Origin: a virus
Lineage: Duplodnaviria; Caudoviricetes
IMG/VR virus record: IMGVR_UViG_3300043409_002192
Coordinates: 1-63,330 of that record
DNA length: 63,330 bases
Direction: 5' to 3' (one strand)
The notes under the pieces were generated by a model. That model saw nothing but the letters and a program-made list of their open reading frames with translations, searched no databases and was not told where the DNA came from. Position numbers and translations under genes: made by a program. Below are positions 26,242 to 35,472 of the stretch, one piece after another; the first letter of the stretch is position 1, and every line of letters begins with the position of its first letter.

Positions 26242-27117
26242 ATGAAAATACAACATCCAACTCTACCACTCGTCCTCGAAGCAATGCCCTATCGCGGCGA
26301 TGTGCATCTCGAAATCAACAAAAAAAATGCCGGGCATACCACCGACGAGGAGCCGGGATATCCCACCGCATCAGACATCACCAATCTCAAAAAAGCTGGC
26401 AAAAATCCCGAGGAATACCGCACCATCGGCAAAGCCTGCCTCAATCCAAATGCACTCTCATGGGTGCTGGAAAATCGCCCCGCATTACTCGCGGATGCAA
26501 AAAAAGGAAAAGCGGAATACGATGCAAAAGTCAAAGCCAACCGTGACGCCGAGATCGCTCGTGATGCTCCATTGATCGCGGAAATGGAAGCAGAAGTAAA
26601 ACGCCTCCAAGCAACAATCCCGTCAGACCACATCGAAGTCACAGTAATCGACAAAGGCGACTTTGACGGATACCGCATGGAGGACTTTGTTTGTGATGGC
26701 GTAAAGCTCCGTTGGGATCAAGTTACAACCATCGGCCATGCCAGCGCGATCCGCCCAGGAGCGTTGGGTGCTTTTGCCCACCGCCGCGTTTGCTCAATCA
26801 GCCGTTTGGACTTGGAGTCCGCGCGAGCGGAGCAAGAAAAAGACGCAGTAAAAGCCGCCGAGAAAAAAGCAGAGCGAGAAACCGAACTCAACGCACCAGT
26901 GCCACCTGAAGCGGTCGCCGCCTACAAATCCTGCGGAGGTGATCCAGAGCGCCTGCATGACGACATCGACCACCCTCATTACTGGATCGTAAAACGATAC
27001 GCAGATGCAATCGAGCACCAAGGATTGGCTTGCGAGGCCACGCTCAAAAAAATGACCGCCGAAATGAAAGAAGCGGCTCGTGAAGAACAGTCACAATACG
27101 CAGGAGGTGAAGCATGA
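26242..27117 (+). CDS. hypothetical protein
   Basis: 291-aa ORF after an AT-rich promoter-like region (TTGCAG..TAAGGT). Confidence 0.8.
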   Translation: MKIQHPTLPLVLEAMPYRGDVHLEINKKNAGHTTDEEPGYPTASDITNLKKAGKNPEEYRTIGKACLNPNALSWVLENRPALLADAKKGKAEYDAKVKANRDAEIARDAPLIAEMEAEVKRLQATIPSDHIEVTVIDKGDFDGYRMEDFVCDGVKLRWDQVTTIGHASAIRPGALGAFAHRRVCSISRLDLESARAEQEKDAVKAAEKKAERETELNAPVPPEAVAAYKSCGGDPERLHDDIDHPHYWIVKRYADAIEHQGLACEATLKKMTAEMKEAAREEQSQYAGGEA

Positions 27118-27461
27118 GCCGTGACATCAAAAAGTGCCTGCAATGCGAATCAGAGTATGATGCGGGACTTTCCCAGCCGGGAAACGAGCAACGCCGCAAG
27201 TTTTGCTGTCGAGACTGCAAGACGGCGTATCACAACTCAAAGTACTATCGCGAACATACAGAGGAGATTAAAGCTGCCGTCATCAATCGCCGAGGAGGGA
27301 AACGGGAAGGAGCGGGGCGCAAGCCCCGCGATACTCCCCGAGAAGCTATCACCGTGCGGTTGGAGCCGCAGGATGCGGACAAGTTGCGGGATCTGTGCAA
27401 TGCGCGGGAGATGTCTCAGGCCGATTGGATCACCGAAAAAATCAGAAAGTCCCGCCAATGA
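27114..27461 (+). CDS. DNA-binding protein (Zn finger + GGKREGAGRKP + RHH-like C-terminus)
   Basis: CLQC..KFCCRDCK, RGGKREGAGRKP, ITVRLEP..SQADWI. Confidence 0.75.
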   Translation: MSRDIKKCLQCESEYDAGLSQPGNEQRRKFCCRDCKTAYHNSKYYREHTEEIKAAVINRRGGKREGAGRKPRDTPREAITVRLEPQDADKLRDLCNAREMSQADWITEKIRKSRQ

Positions 27462-27614
27462 TAACGTGGAAATCAATGACGAAGGTGACAAGTCGGAGGA
27501 GGAAATCTGGTGGTTTAATGTCTCTCGGAACAGGGAAGAGATATTCAACTCATCTGACTTTAAAGGAGCGATCATAGGCGGCGAAATGTGCCGTGCGCTC
27601 GCTGAGGCCATTAT

Positions 27615-27738
27615 GGCGAACGCCGCTGCGCAGGAACCCCCGCTGACACTGAACCCAACCAACAAATAAAATGAACGAACTACCTAGCACTAAACCGGAG
27701 GCGGATGGCGGGGTTACCCTGCCTCAGCCTTGTTCATC
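27615..27738 (-). other. attC site
   Basis: GGCGAAC..GCAGGAACCCCCGC / GCGGGGTTACCCTGC..GCCTT GTTCATC. Confidence 0.75.
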
Positions 27739-27964
27739 GCCGCTTGACCCTGCCACATGCCTTGCCCTCAAGCCCGTCCACGACATCGGCGATCAGGCGG
27801 TGAAGGAGCGCGACGAATGGAATCGCTGGTCTGTGGGAATCGCTGGGATGCTCAATGTGTCGTGTTCTGACTTCGCCTCAGACGTGGTGGCAGATCAATA
27901 CGCGGAACTCCGCGCCCGAATCACTCAAGCACTGAACGACTCAAGCTCAGCGACCCGGCCATGA
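27671..27964 (+). CDS. hypothetical cassette protein
   Basis: ATG in the attC loop; PCSS leader; ends ALNDS.. Confidence 0.65.
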   Translation: MNELPSTKPEADGGVTLPQPCSSPLDPATCLALKPVHDIGDQAVKERDEWNRWSVGIAGMLNVSCSDFASDVVADQYAELRARITQALNDSSSATRP

Positions 27965-28023
27965 AAGACTCACCCTTGCAACCAACGGACGATGGCCGGG
28001 TTCGCTGCAGCGCATGGTTAGGC
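27931..28023 (-). other. attC site
   Basis: Minus strand GCCTAAC CATGC GCTGCAGCGAACCCGGCC...GGCCGGGTCGCTGAGC TTGAGTC GTTCAGT. Confidence 0.9.
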
Positions 28024-28236
28024 GGCGGGCTATCGGCACTCCAGCGAGTGCGCAATCGGCTCCGGGACGAAGAATGTGAACTGCGCAAGCAAGCGGATAA
28101 ATGGCACCACCTCGGTGCGCCCGAAACTGCAACCGCAAAGCGCCTCGCAGCAGATGTTCTGGATGCTGCGGTCAGCGTCATCGTTAAGCTTGAGGTCGAA
28201 ATCATCGCTGAGCGAGATGAGCCGCCTAACGCTTGA
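27961..28236 (+). CDS. hypothetical cassette protein
   Basis: ATGA overlap in the attC loop; ends EPPNA. Confidence 0.7.
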   Translation: MKDSPLQPTDDGRVRCSAWLGGGLSALQRVRNRLRDEECELRKQADKWHHLGAPETATAKRLAADVLDAAVSVIVKLEVEIIAERDEPPNA

Positions 28237-28285
28237 GATCAGCCACGGGGCCTTAGCCCCGTTGGACTGTATCTCATTGTTCTGC
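28224..28285 (-). other. attC site (short, 62 bp)
   Basis: GCCTAAC GCTTGA GATCAGCC ACGGGGC-loop-CCCCGTT GGACTGTATC TCATT GTTCTGC. Confidence 0.85.
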
Positions 28286-28314
28286 TCCGTTGGTGAGAAT
28301 CTTCAAAATACCGC

Positions 28315-28342
28315 TTGTGTCATAACCCGCTTATGATAATAT
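28315..28342 (+). promoter_or_regulatory. promoter-like element with palindromic operator
   Basis: TTGTGT..TAATAT with TCATAA-CCCGC-TTATGA; upstream CGTTGGT..AATCTTCAAA shared with 1127-1148. Confidence 0.55.
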
Positions 28343-28349
28343 CAGACAC

Positions 28350-28547
28350 ATGAACGCTGAATACATCGCCGACGCCAAAGCCCTTATGTCCACCGCTGAT
28401 CGGTGCGACTCAACCACTGAGCAGGCCCGCCGCCTATACACTCAGGCCGCCCGTATCCTTCGCGCCTGCCCTCGGTCAACTGACTGGTCGGAGGCATCAC
28501 GCATCAACAATCTCATCCAGGAGGCCGACTACAATGCAAGCCTCTGA
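28350..28547 (+). CDS. hypothetical protein
   Basis: First ORF after the cassette promoter. Confidence 0.6.
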   Translation: MNAEYIADAKALMSTADRCDSTTEQARRLYTQAARILRACPRSTDWSEASRINNLIQEADYNASL

Positions 28548-28725
28548 ATCGGTGGCGGAAATCTCCGTCAATGGAGTGCTCGAATCAGTGGTTCGCGTGC
28601 CGTCTGATTGCGTGCCGTCTCTCATGGCCTACCTCGAAAAGCGAGGGGCATCCTTCCCGATGGCGATCCTGCTGCGCATCTTCGTGGCGAACTGGAAAAC
28701 TGGCGTCGATCTATCGAAGGCATGA
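28534..28725 (+). CDS. hypothetical protein
   Basis: Overlaps both neighbours. Confidence 0.55.
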   Translation: MQASESVAEISVNGVLESVVRVPSDCVPSLMAYLEKRGASFPMAILLRIFVANWKTGVDLSKA

Positions 28726-28910
28726 AAAAGGAACTCAAGAAATACCTCGCGGAGATCGGCAGCAAAGGCGGCAAGGCAAGCCGCCGCAAGATCACCCCAG
28801 CACAGCAGGCAGCGATGCAGGAAGCTCGAAAGGCCGCAAGACTCCGCAAGGAGCAGAACAGTGTATTATCACAAACTCATGAGAATTTACCGCAACCAGA
28901 AAGCGAGTAA
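28722..28910 (+). CDS. small basic KGG-motif protein
   Basis: MKKELKKYLAEIGSKGGKAS; ATGA overlap. Confidence 0.65.
   Translation: MKKELKKYLAEIGSKGGKASRRKITPAQQAAMQEARKAARLRKEQNSVLSQTHENLPQPESE
28853..28876 (-). other. putative attI-like array end site B
   Basis: GCAGAAC-AGTGTATTATCACAAAC, similar to 3553-3575. Confidence 0.55.
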
Positions 28911-28938
28911 GGCACTCAAAATCAAGCTGCGGGAGCGG

Positions 28939-29166
28939 TCATTGAAAGGAGTCGCCGCCCGTGCTGCCAAGCGCATGGCCCGCGCGCCCGATGCCCTGCC
29001 GGAGCCGCAGCGCATCCCATTCCCGAATTGCGTCGCGCCTCGTTCGCATGGTGTGCCCCTCGTACTCGCATCCATCTGGATGCCGCTCGCACTTCACTTT
29101 CCAATACGAGTCCCAGTGCAGTATTCTTGCGCTGCTTCCGCAACAGCATTTTTGCGCTTCAATCAT
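28939..29166 (-). CDS. Lar-like small Zn-binding protein
   Basis: CCCG..VKC..C..DAIREWD; ATGA overlap with the upstream gene. Confidence 0.55.
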   Translation of the reverse strand: MIEAQKCCCGSSARILHWDSYWKVKCERHPDGCEYEGHTMRTRRDAIREWDALRLRQGIGRAGHALGSTGGDSFQ

Positions 29167-29819
29167 GATGCCCCTCCTACCCCTATGTGTGCTTTGATTG
29201 CTGCAAACCGGTCCACAGGCGCAGGCGGCACAAACACTGCCTGAGCCACCACCGCGGCCGATTCAATCCACACCGTCTTTTTCCGCCCCTTCCGCTCCGC
29301 CTTCAACACTCCCTCCTTCTCCGCCTCATCCACCAACGCATACCCACGCGATGGCGAATACCCCAGCTCCACCAACTGAGCCACCACATCCCTGCAATCC
29401 ATCCGATCCTTCACGATCTTCCCCCATTCCACCGCCGGATTCTTCACATTCAGCCGCACAAGGTTTTTTCCCTTCTCCCCCTTCTCAATTTTCAACGATC
29501 CACCAACCACCCCACGCTGGATCAATTCCCCCGCCGCCTTTCCTCCCATCGAGTAATCCACATTCAAAAGCGAAATCAAATCCGTCTTCCAAATCCCTTC
29601 CCCAGGCACCCGGCCCACCAATTCTTCCACCGTGACAACCGGCACCACGCGCAGCCGCTCCTTCATCACCGCCACCATTTCAGGATGCTCCCGCACCCAT
29701 TCAGCCGCCGCCGCTTTCATCAGTTCAGCCACCACGGCTTCCTCCATCCCACGCCCATACTCCCCCATCATCAATGGGTTTTCCAGCTTCAGTTGCAGTG
29801 ATTTTTTGATGTCATCCAT
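29163..29819 (-). CDS. hypothetical protein with two probable winged-helix repeats
   Basis: 218-aa ORF; repeated helix..L.(IE/AE)K.G.K...V pattern. Confidence 0.7.
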   Translation of the reverse strand: MDDIKKSLQLKLENPLMMGEYGRGMEEAVVAELMKAAAAEWVREHPEMVAVMKERLRVVPVVTVEELVGRVPGEGIWKTDLISLLNVDYSMGGKAAGELIQRGVVGGSLKIEKGEKGKNLVRLNVKNPAVEWGKIVKDRMDCRDVVAQLVELGYSPSRGYALVDEAEKEGVLKAERKGRKKTVWIESAAVVAQAVFVPPAPVDRFAAIKAHIGVGGAS

Positions 29820-29849
29820 GTTATTACATTCCTCCTATTGAGGGCAGAA

Positions 29850-30390
29850 TAGTAATTTCCTGCGGCCCCCGTTAAGTGTGTGTCATACAGCGCAGGAATA
29901 TCGCCGTCAATCCTATATTTTACAAGCCTTGGGAAATTACTGCCGTCATTCCTGCGGTGTTAGTCATCATTCCTCCTCCTTCACAGTAATAATTTACTCT
30001 CATTTTCAACGACTTACACGAATGCCGCTGGCAACATCGGCGCAATGGAGGGAAGGGAACCCCCCTATAGCTAAAGCGATATTAGGGGGGTGTGTTCCTC
30101 CCTTAATTCCGTCACTTCCCCCCTGGCTTCCCTCCTCCATTGCGCCATGCCACCGCCGCCACTGTATCAAATTTGAGCCGGAAACCCATCAAATTTCAAT
30201 CAGAACCCCCTCCGCCTTGTCCTGAGCCACACCACCCCATCCCACCACCATCCACGCTCATTCCTGTTTTCATTCCTGCCCCCGTAGAATCCACTCAGGT
30301 TTTCTTCCCCATTTCCACCCTCATACCACTCAGTTGTTATCAACCGCAGGAAGATCAGTTCCGGGGGGCACTCAGTTTCGCCCAGGAAAT
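29850..30390. repeat. repeat-rich non-coding region (candidate origin or pac region)
   Basis: Multiple (GTCA)TTCCT(GC)-like motifs on both strands; inverted repeat GGCGCAATGGAGG 30039-30051 / 30134-30146. Confidence 0.5.
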
Positions 30391-30530
30391 CACCTGCGCC
30401 ATCAAGTCACATTCCGTTTTCATAGTTGACGGGGAAGGTCGTGGGTGGCAAAATGACGCACCCGAAGCCCACGCGGGCGCGAGGCTCAAATCCGGCCCGG
30501 CTCTAACTAAATCTGGCTTCTTTCTCAGAA

Positions 30531-30884
30531 ATGCGAAAAACCCAGACAGAACTGAAAAACCTCCGTGCCGGCGACATCGGAACCGGCCTCATCCTGCAAC
30601 TCGCCAAGGAAGTACCCCCTGAGCAAATCGCGGTGGCCATCAAGGAGATGCTGGGGGCTACCACCAATCAGCGGACCGGTGCTCATGACTACGAGGAGGT
30701 GCCGGATTGGCGGGCTCGAGAGGCGGCGGTGAAACTCTACCTCTCCTACATGCTGGGGATGCCAGTCCAGCGAACCGAAGTGAAAACCCAAGTCATCGAG
30801 TCTGAAGAGCAGACGCTGGCCAGGCTGCTGGGAAGTCCGGCCGTCAGGGAGGCTTTGCGCAGGGAGTTGGCTCAGGAGGTCTGA
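30531..30884 (+). CDS. putative terminase small subunit-like protein
   Basis: PDWRAREAAVKLYLSY..G.PVQRTEV motif; lies upstream of the large terminase. Confidence 0.5.
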   Translation: MRKTQTELKNLRAGDIGTGLILQLAKEVPPEQIAVAIKEMLGATTNQRTGAHDYEEVPDWRAREAAVKLYLSYMLGMPVQRTEVKTQVIESEEQTLARLLGSPAVREALRRELAQEV

Positions 30885-31002
30885 CCGCTCTAAAATAAAC
30901 TGTCGGCGGAAATCCCCCGTTCAGAAGGGCGGGATAACTTTTTTCTTTCGTTACAAGAAATACGTTGCATTTATTTAGAACGCGTGCGACACTGTATTCG
31001 TT

Positions 31003-31161
31003 ATGAAAGCCAACTTTGATTCCGCCATCGAAATCGCCATTACCACCGTTGCCAAGATGCTTGGTATTTCCGCTGAGGAGGTCGCCAGAAAAGCACAGCA
31101 ACCCGGTCCGGTCCGTGATTCTGTCATGATGCTGGCCGCTACTGGAAAGGAGGCGGCATGA
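31003..31161 (+). CDS. small hypothetical protein
   Basis: ATG right after a TTGCAT promoter-like element; ATGA overlap with the next gene. Confidence 0.5.
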   Translation: MKANFDSAIEIAITTVAKMLGISAEEVARKAQQPGPVRDSVMMLAATGKEAA

Positions 31162-31346
31162 ACAGGAAGAGGGAACGCGACTCAAGTATGATGACTGCCC
31201 CACGGGATCGGAAGCTACTCTTGGAGCGGTATGGCTCTCCTTCAAAATTTGTGGGTCGGTGGGATCATGAAACGCAACGCTGGCTAAATGAAGCCGGCGA
31301 ATGGATGACGAAAGTTCACACTTGGCACCCTTTACCATCAAAATGA
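31158..31346 (+). CDS. small hypothetical protein (DUF551-like C-terminus)
   Basis: GGAGG RBS; ends VHTWHPLP. Confidence 0.6.
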   Translation: MNRKRERDSSMMTAPRDRKLLLERYGSPSKFVGRWDHETQRWLNEAGEWMTKVHTWHPLPSK

Positions 31347-31987
31347 AAACACCCGTCGCTATCTTGGTCCGTGTCTCCACCGTGAAGCAGGAAACCGCCC
31401 GTCAGATTTCAGAACTGACAGCGGCGGCTACTGCGAAGGGCTGGAACGTCGTGGAGGTCATTGAGGAAACCATTACCGGCCGGGCGGACGCCAATATCCG
31501 GCCAGGGCTCGCCCGCATCACCGCCCTCATGGCTGCCGACAGAATCAGGAAGGTCATGGTTCATGAGGTTTCGCGCCTGAGCCGCCGGCCTGCGGTGGTC
31601 CATCAGTTCGTCGAGGATCTGGAAGCCGCGGGCGTCTCGCTCTATTGGCACGCCCAGGGCATCGAGACACTGCTGGCGGATGGGAAGCGGAATCCTGCCG
31701 CAGCAATCATGCTGGCCTTGCTGGCGGAGTTGGCCAGGGCAGAGACTGATACACTGCGGGAGCGGGTGAAATCAGGGCTGGCAGAGGCCAAGCGGAATGG
31801 TGTGAGGTTGGGAAGGCCTGAGGGTACGCTGAAGGCTGCTGCGGTGTTTCTGCGGGATCATCAGGACGTGGTGAAGTATCTGGAGCGGAAGCATACTATT
31901 CGCGATGTGGTGAAGCTGACCGGGAAAGCAATGGGCACGGTGCAGAAGGTGAAGCACGCTTTGAAGGGGGGAGAAGAAAAACCTTGA
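31343..31987 (+). CDS. serine recombinase (resolvase/invertase family) with C-terminal HTH
   Basis: ILVRVSTVKQ, EVSRLSR, ERVKSGL..AK..G..LGRP. Confidence 0.93.
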   Translation: MKTPVAILVRVSTVKQETARQISELTAAATAKGWNVVEVIEETITGRADANIRPGLARITALMAADRIRKVMVHEVSRLSRRPAVVHQFVEDLEAAGVSLYWHAQGIETLLADGKRNPAAAIMLALLAELARAETDTLRERVKSGLAEAKRNGVRLGRPEGTLKAAAVFLRDHQDVVKYLERKHTIRDVVKLTGKAMGTVQKVKHALKGGEEKP

Positions 31988-32332
31988 AACGGAAGCCGGC
32001 GGATGGTGTAGTATGATTGTGAATGCGGAGTTGGCGCTTTGGGCTTCTTTTTTGCCTACGTGTCAACTTTTGATTTGCGCGTGAGACAGCGTAAGTGTAG
32101 GGGTGGCGTGCTTTATGGGGGCAGGACGGCGCTGTTTATGGCTTTTCAGCGAAGTCCTGTCCCTTGGGGCACCAAAGCCAAAAGTCATGCAACTAAATTC
32201 AGAAGACCCGATGGAGGAAGGATTGAAGCAATGGGATCGGAAGCAGGATGAGTGGGGACAAGTTCTTTTTGGGATTGGCATGGGATGGATTTCCATGGCG
32301 GCGTGCATCTGGATTTACAATTTGATAACCCT

Positions 32333-32731
32333 ATGAAATGCGCAATCTACGCAAAAGGTCCGGGTGCTGAACAGCGGCTGGTGGAGTGTGAGAACTGGGG
32401 ATTCAAGCAGGAATTCCCTCCGATGGCGGTGTGTCAGACGTGGGATGAACTACTGCAATGCGTGAGGGAGGGAAATGTGCAGTGCGTGGTGCTGGGCAGC
32501 CTTGGGGATTGTGAAGATGTGATGGAACTGGCTGGGGTGGTGGTGTCGAAGGGGGCGTTTTTGGTGTCATTGGGGGATGAAGTGGATACGCGACCGTATG
32601 GTCAGGTGCAGAGTGGGCAAGGTCGGATGTTGGAGGGTATGGCGCGGTGGTGGCGTGGGTGGTGGCGTGATGATGCGGTGAAGAGACGCGTAGGCCGTCC
32701 GAAGAAGGTGGTGGAAGGAGGTTGCTTGTGA
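32333..32731 (+). CDS. degenerate resolvase-like protein lacking the catalytic motif
   Basis: MKCAIYAKGP in place of YARVS; GNVQCVVL..L; C-terminal GRPKK. Confidence 0.55.
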   Translation: MKCAIYAKGPGAEQRLVECENWGFKQEFPPMAVCQTWDELLQCVREGNVQCVVLGSLGDCEDVMELAGVVVSKGAFLVSLGDEVDTRPYGQVQSGQGRMLEGMARWWRGWWRDDAVKRRVGRPKKVVEGGCL

Positions 32732-32997
32732 GCACGGCGGAAGAGCGGGCATCGTGGACGGATCAGGAATGCGGGGAGGCTGCGTTACTGCTTGAGGGCG
32801 CTGTTGGGCGCGAGAAGGCGGTGTCGGTGGCTGAGGTGGTGGATGGGTTGACGCGGAAGGGGTTTGGATTTCAGGAGATGATGGGGAATTTTGCTGGGTT
32901 GCCTGGGCCGATGGTGGAGATGTTTGAGCGTGTGATTGAAGGATACCGTCGGGCGTCGTTGCGGGTGACGATGGAGGAGAACATTAAGAACAACTGA
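32722..32997 (+). CDS. hypothetical protein
   Basis: Packed between neighbours; GGAGG upstream. Confidence 0.55.
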   Translation: MLVSTAEERASWTDQECGEAALLLEGAVGREKAVSVAEVVDGLTRKGFGFQEMMGNFAGLPGPMVEMFERVIEGYRRASLRVTMEENIKNN

Positions 32998-34883
32998 TGG
33001 CAGCGAAGAAGAAACAACCTGACGAAGACTTGGTGGCGCGATTGGGGCGGGCGCTGAGGGATCGGAATATCCGGCCAGGGCAATTGGAGCGGGCATTGGT
33101 GAAGGAACCGTTGCAGTGGTTTGAACTGCATGGGTGCATTTTGGACAAAAAGCGGCGGCCGCTGAGGTTTCCGGAGTTGAAGGGGAATGACCTGCAGAAG
33201 GAGATGAATGCAGTCATCCGGTATTGTGAGGAGAAGGGGATACCGTGCCGGATTATCAACTTGAAGGGTCGTCAGCAGGGTTCGTCCACGTTTTCGGTGG
33301 CGACGGCGTATCAGCAGTGTCAGATGCGGGTATCGAAGTGCTGTATCATTGGCGATGAGTATGAGAAGTCGGTGAAGAACTTGGAGGCGATGTTTGAGGA
33401 CTTCGCCGCGAATGACACGTTTGCATGGGGTAACAAGTTTACGCGGACGAACGGGAAGTTTTCGCATGGCTCCATTTTGGTAACGGAAACGGCGAATGAT
33501 CCGCGGGCGGGGGCGTCAGGCACCATGCAGATTGTGCTGGCAACGGAGGTGGCCCACTGGAAGGAAACGGGGGTAATCAGCGGGAAGGCGACGTTTGCGG
33601 CGTTGCTGAACTGCGTTCCGGAGGAGCCGGGGACGCTGATGGTGGTGGAATCCACACCGAATGGGACAGGTGGGGTTTATCATTCGACGTATATCAACGC
33701 CATTTCGTTGGAGGATCACAAGGCTGGGCGGATACCTGAGACGTGGAACGGGTTTTTCAAGGTTTTTTATCCGTGGCATCGGCATCCAGAATACCGGTTG
33801 GATGTCACAGAAGAGCAAGCGGCGGTGATAGAGGAATCGTTGACGGAGCGGGAATTGGAACTGGTGGAAATGGAGCTCGGAATGGATCGGTTGGCTTGGC
33901 GGCGGAAGATGATCAAGAGTCCGCGATTTGATGGGGATGAAGAGCTATTTGAGCAGGAGTATCCCAGTGATGAAGATAGATGCTTTTTGGCGTCAGGAAG
34001 GCGTCTTTTCCCGCAGCCGGCGGTGCAGGGAATGCGGCGTAGGGCGGAAGAGGACGAGCGGGCGTGCGGGCAAAAAGTGGGTGTGTTGTCCTGGACGGAT
34101 GAGACAAAGCGGAGGGTTAAGTTTGAGCCGTGTTCGGAAGATGACGCGTTTGTGCGGGTGTGGGAAATGCCGATGGCGGGATTGTCTTACAATCTGCCGG
34201 TGGACCCGATGACGGGCGCGAGCGGAGTTGTGGGAGCGGATCCGGATAATCATGGCGCGGGCATCCTGCGGAAGGGGTATTGGGATCGTGATGGCGTGTG
34301 GAAGCCGTTGCTGCTGGGGGCCCGGCTGGCGGACTGCTGGGCAGAGAAGCGGCACAAGCGCGGGCAGCCTGTGTGCAAGTGGGACATCGACGTATTGACG
34401 GAGCGTGTGGCCATGATGGCGACGTGGTATGGTGGGGCGTGCGTGGTGGTTGAGACAAACATGGACAAAGGGATTATCGAATTGATGCGGGCAAAATATG
34501 CGCAGGTGTTGCTTTACCGACGGATGATGCCGAATCGGGTAAAGCAGACGATGTCGCCGGTTTACGGTTGGAAAACGGATGTATCGACGCGGGCGGAACT
34601 ACTTGAGAACTTGGTGCGCCGGGTGCGGTTGTTCCAAGAGCCGGGGGATGGAATTGAGGTTCGGGACAAGCGGGTAGTGGGGGAACTGGGGAGCATGATT
34701 ATCAATCCGAATGGGAAAGCGGAGGCGATGGGAGGGCATCATGACGACCAAGTGTTGATGTTGGGGATAGGTGCGGTGACGATTGAGGCGGCGCATATGA
34801 TGGCGCCGGAGCGGCGTGGTCGTGCTGAATGGGATTCGGAGGAGGGTGGCGAGAAGAAAATTCGTGATTGGTCAATGACATGA
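32997..34883 (+). CDS. terL: terminase large subunit
   Basis: LKGRQQGSST Walker A variant, TEVAHW, VESTPNG, FEQEYP, C-terminal nuclease GHHDD. Confidence 0.9.
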   Translation: MAAKKKQPDEDLVARLGRALRDRNIRPGQLERALVKEPLQWFELHGCILDKKRRPLRFPELKGNDLQKEMNAVIRYCEEKGIPCRIINLKGRQQGSSTFSVATAYQQCQMRVSKCCIIGDEYEKSVKNLEAMFEDFAANDTFAWGNKFTRTNGKFSHGSILVTETANDPRAGASGTMQIVLATEVAHWKETGVISGKATFAALLNCVPEEPGTLMVVESTPNGTGGVYHSTYINAISLEDHKAGRIPETWNGFFKVFYPWHRHPEYRLDVTEEQAAVIEESLTERELELVEMELGMDRLAWRRKMIKSPRFDGDEELFEQEYPSDEDRCFLASGRRLFPQPAVQGMRRRAEEDERACGQKVGVLSWTDETKRRVKFEPCSEDDAFVRVWEMPMAGLSYNLPVDPMTGASGVVGADPDNHGAGILRKGYWDRDGVWKPLLLGARLADCWAEKRHKRGQPVCKWDIDVLTERVAMMATWYGGACVVVETNMDKGIIELMRAKYAQVLLYRRMMPNRVKQTMSPVYGWKTDVSTRAELLENLVRRVRLFQEPGDGIEVRDKRVVGELGSMIINPNGKAEAMGGHHDDQVLMLGIGAVTIEAAHMMAPERRGRAEWDSEEGGEKKIRDWSMT

Positions 34884-35182
34884 AGCGAGTGCTTAAGAAA
34901 TCGGAGTTGGTATTTATGGGCCGGCGCGTGTGTGAAATGCGGCGGGCGGCTGGATTGACCATGAAGCAGTTGGCTAAGGAGGCATTGGTGGCTGAGTGGA
35001 CGGTGCGTCATGTCGAGCGAGGGGATTTCAAGTTACTGGCTGGATATATGAGGTGTGTGGCGGCGTTTGGGATACAGATGCGGCATATCCTCAATGCCAA
35101 AGAAGAGACTTGGCGGGAGTTTTTGGAGCGTGTGGACGGTGCCAAAGTTGCGCGGGAGGCAGAGAAGCCGCATCGTCGGTGA
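34880..35182 (+). CDS. XRE HTH protein
   Basis: MRRAAGLTMKQLAKEA..TVRHVERG. Confidence 0.75.
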   Translation: MKRVLKKSELVFMGRRVCEMRRAAGLTMKQLAKEALVAEWTVRHVERGDFKLLAGYMRCVAAFGIQMRHILNAKEETWREFLERVDGAKVAREAEKPHRR

Positions 35183-35472
35183 TGGATCTTACAACACCCA
35201 CAGCGGCCACGGGCCAGCGCGTTATTTCCACGGTTAAAGGCCAGGATGGATTCATTGTTGTCGTCAAGGCAGACAGTCCATCGGGGCTACGGGTATTGAC
35301 TGGGCAATCCTTCAAGGTGGATGGCGTGGAGACGGCGGACACGACTGGGTTATTGATTCCGGCGGATGGGTCATTGGAATTGCCTCCTGGCGTTTATTGC
35401 TGCAAAACGGCAACAAATGGGAGTGCAGCGACGTTTTCGGCGGTGGCGTTTGTCCGTGATTACGTGTCATGA
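35182..35472 (+). CDS. hypothetical protein
   Basis: MDLTTPTAATG; overlaps both neighbours. Confidence 0.6.
   Translation: MDLTTPTAATGQRVISTVKGQDGFIVVVKADSPSGLRVLTGQSFKVDGVETADTTGLLIPADGSLELPPGVYCCKTATNGSAATFSAVAFVRDYVS

Noticed and set aside
27121-27669. 182-aa ORF as a full gene
   Set aside because: First two-thirds overlap the DNA-binding gene; only the part after about 27460 looks like a truncated cassette remnant
29187-29801. His/Pro-rich plus-strand ORFs
   Set aside because: Produced by the C-rich skew opposite the real minus-strand gene
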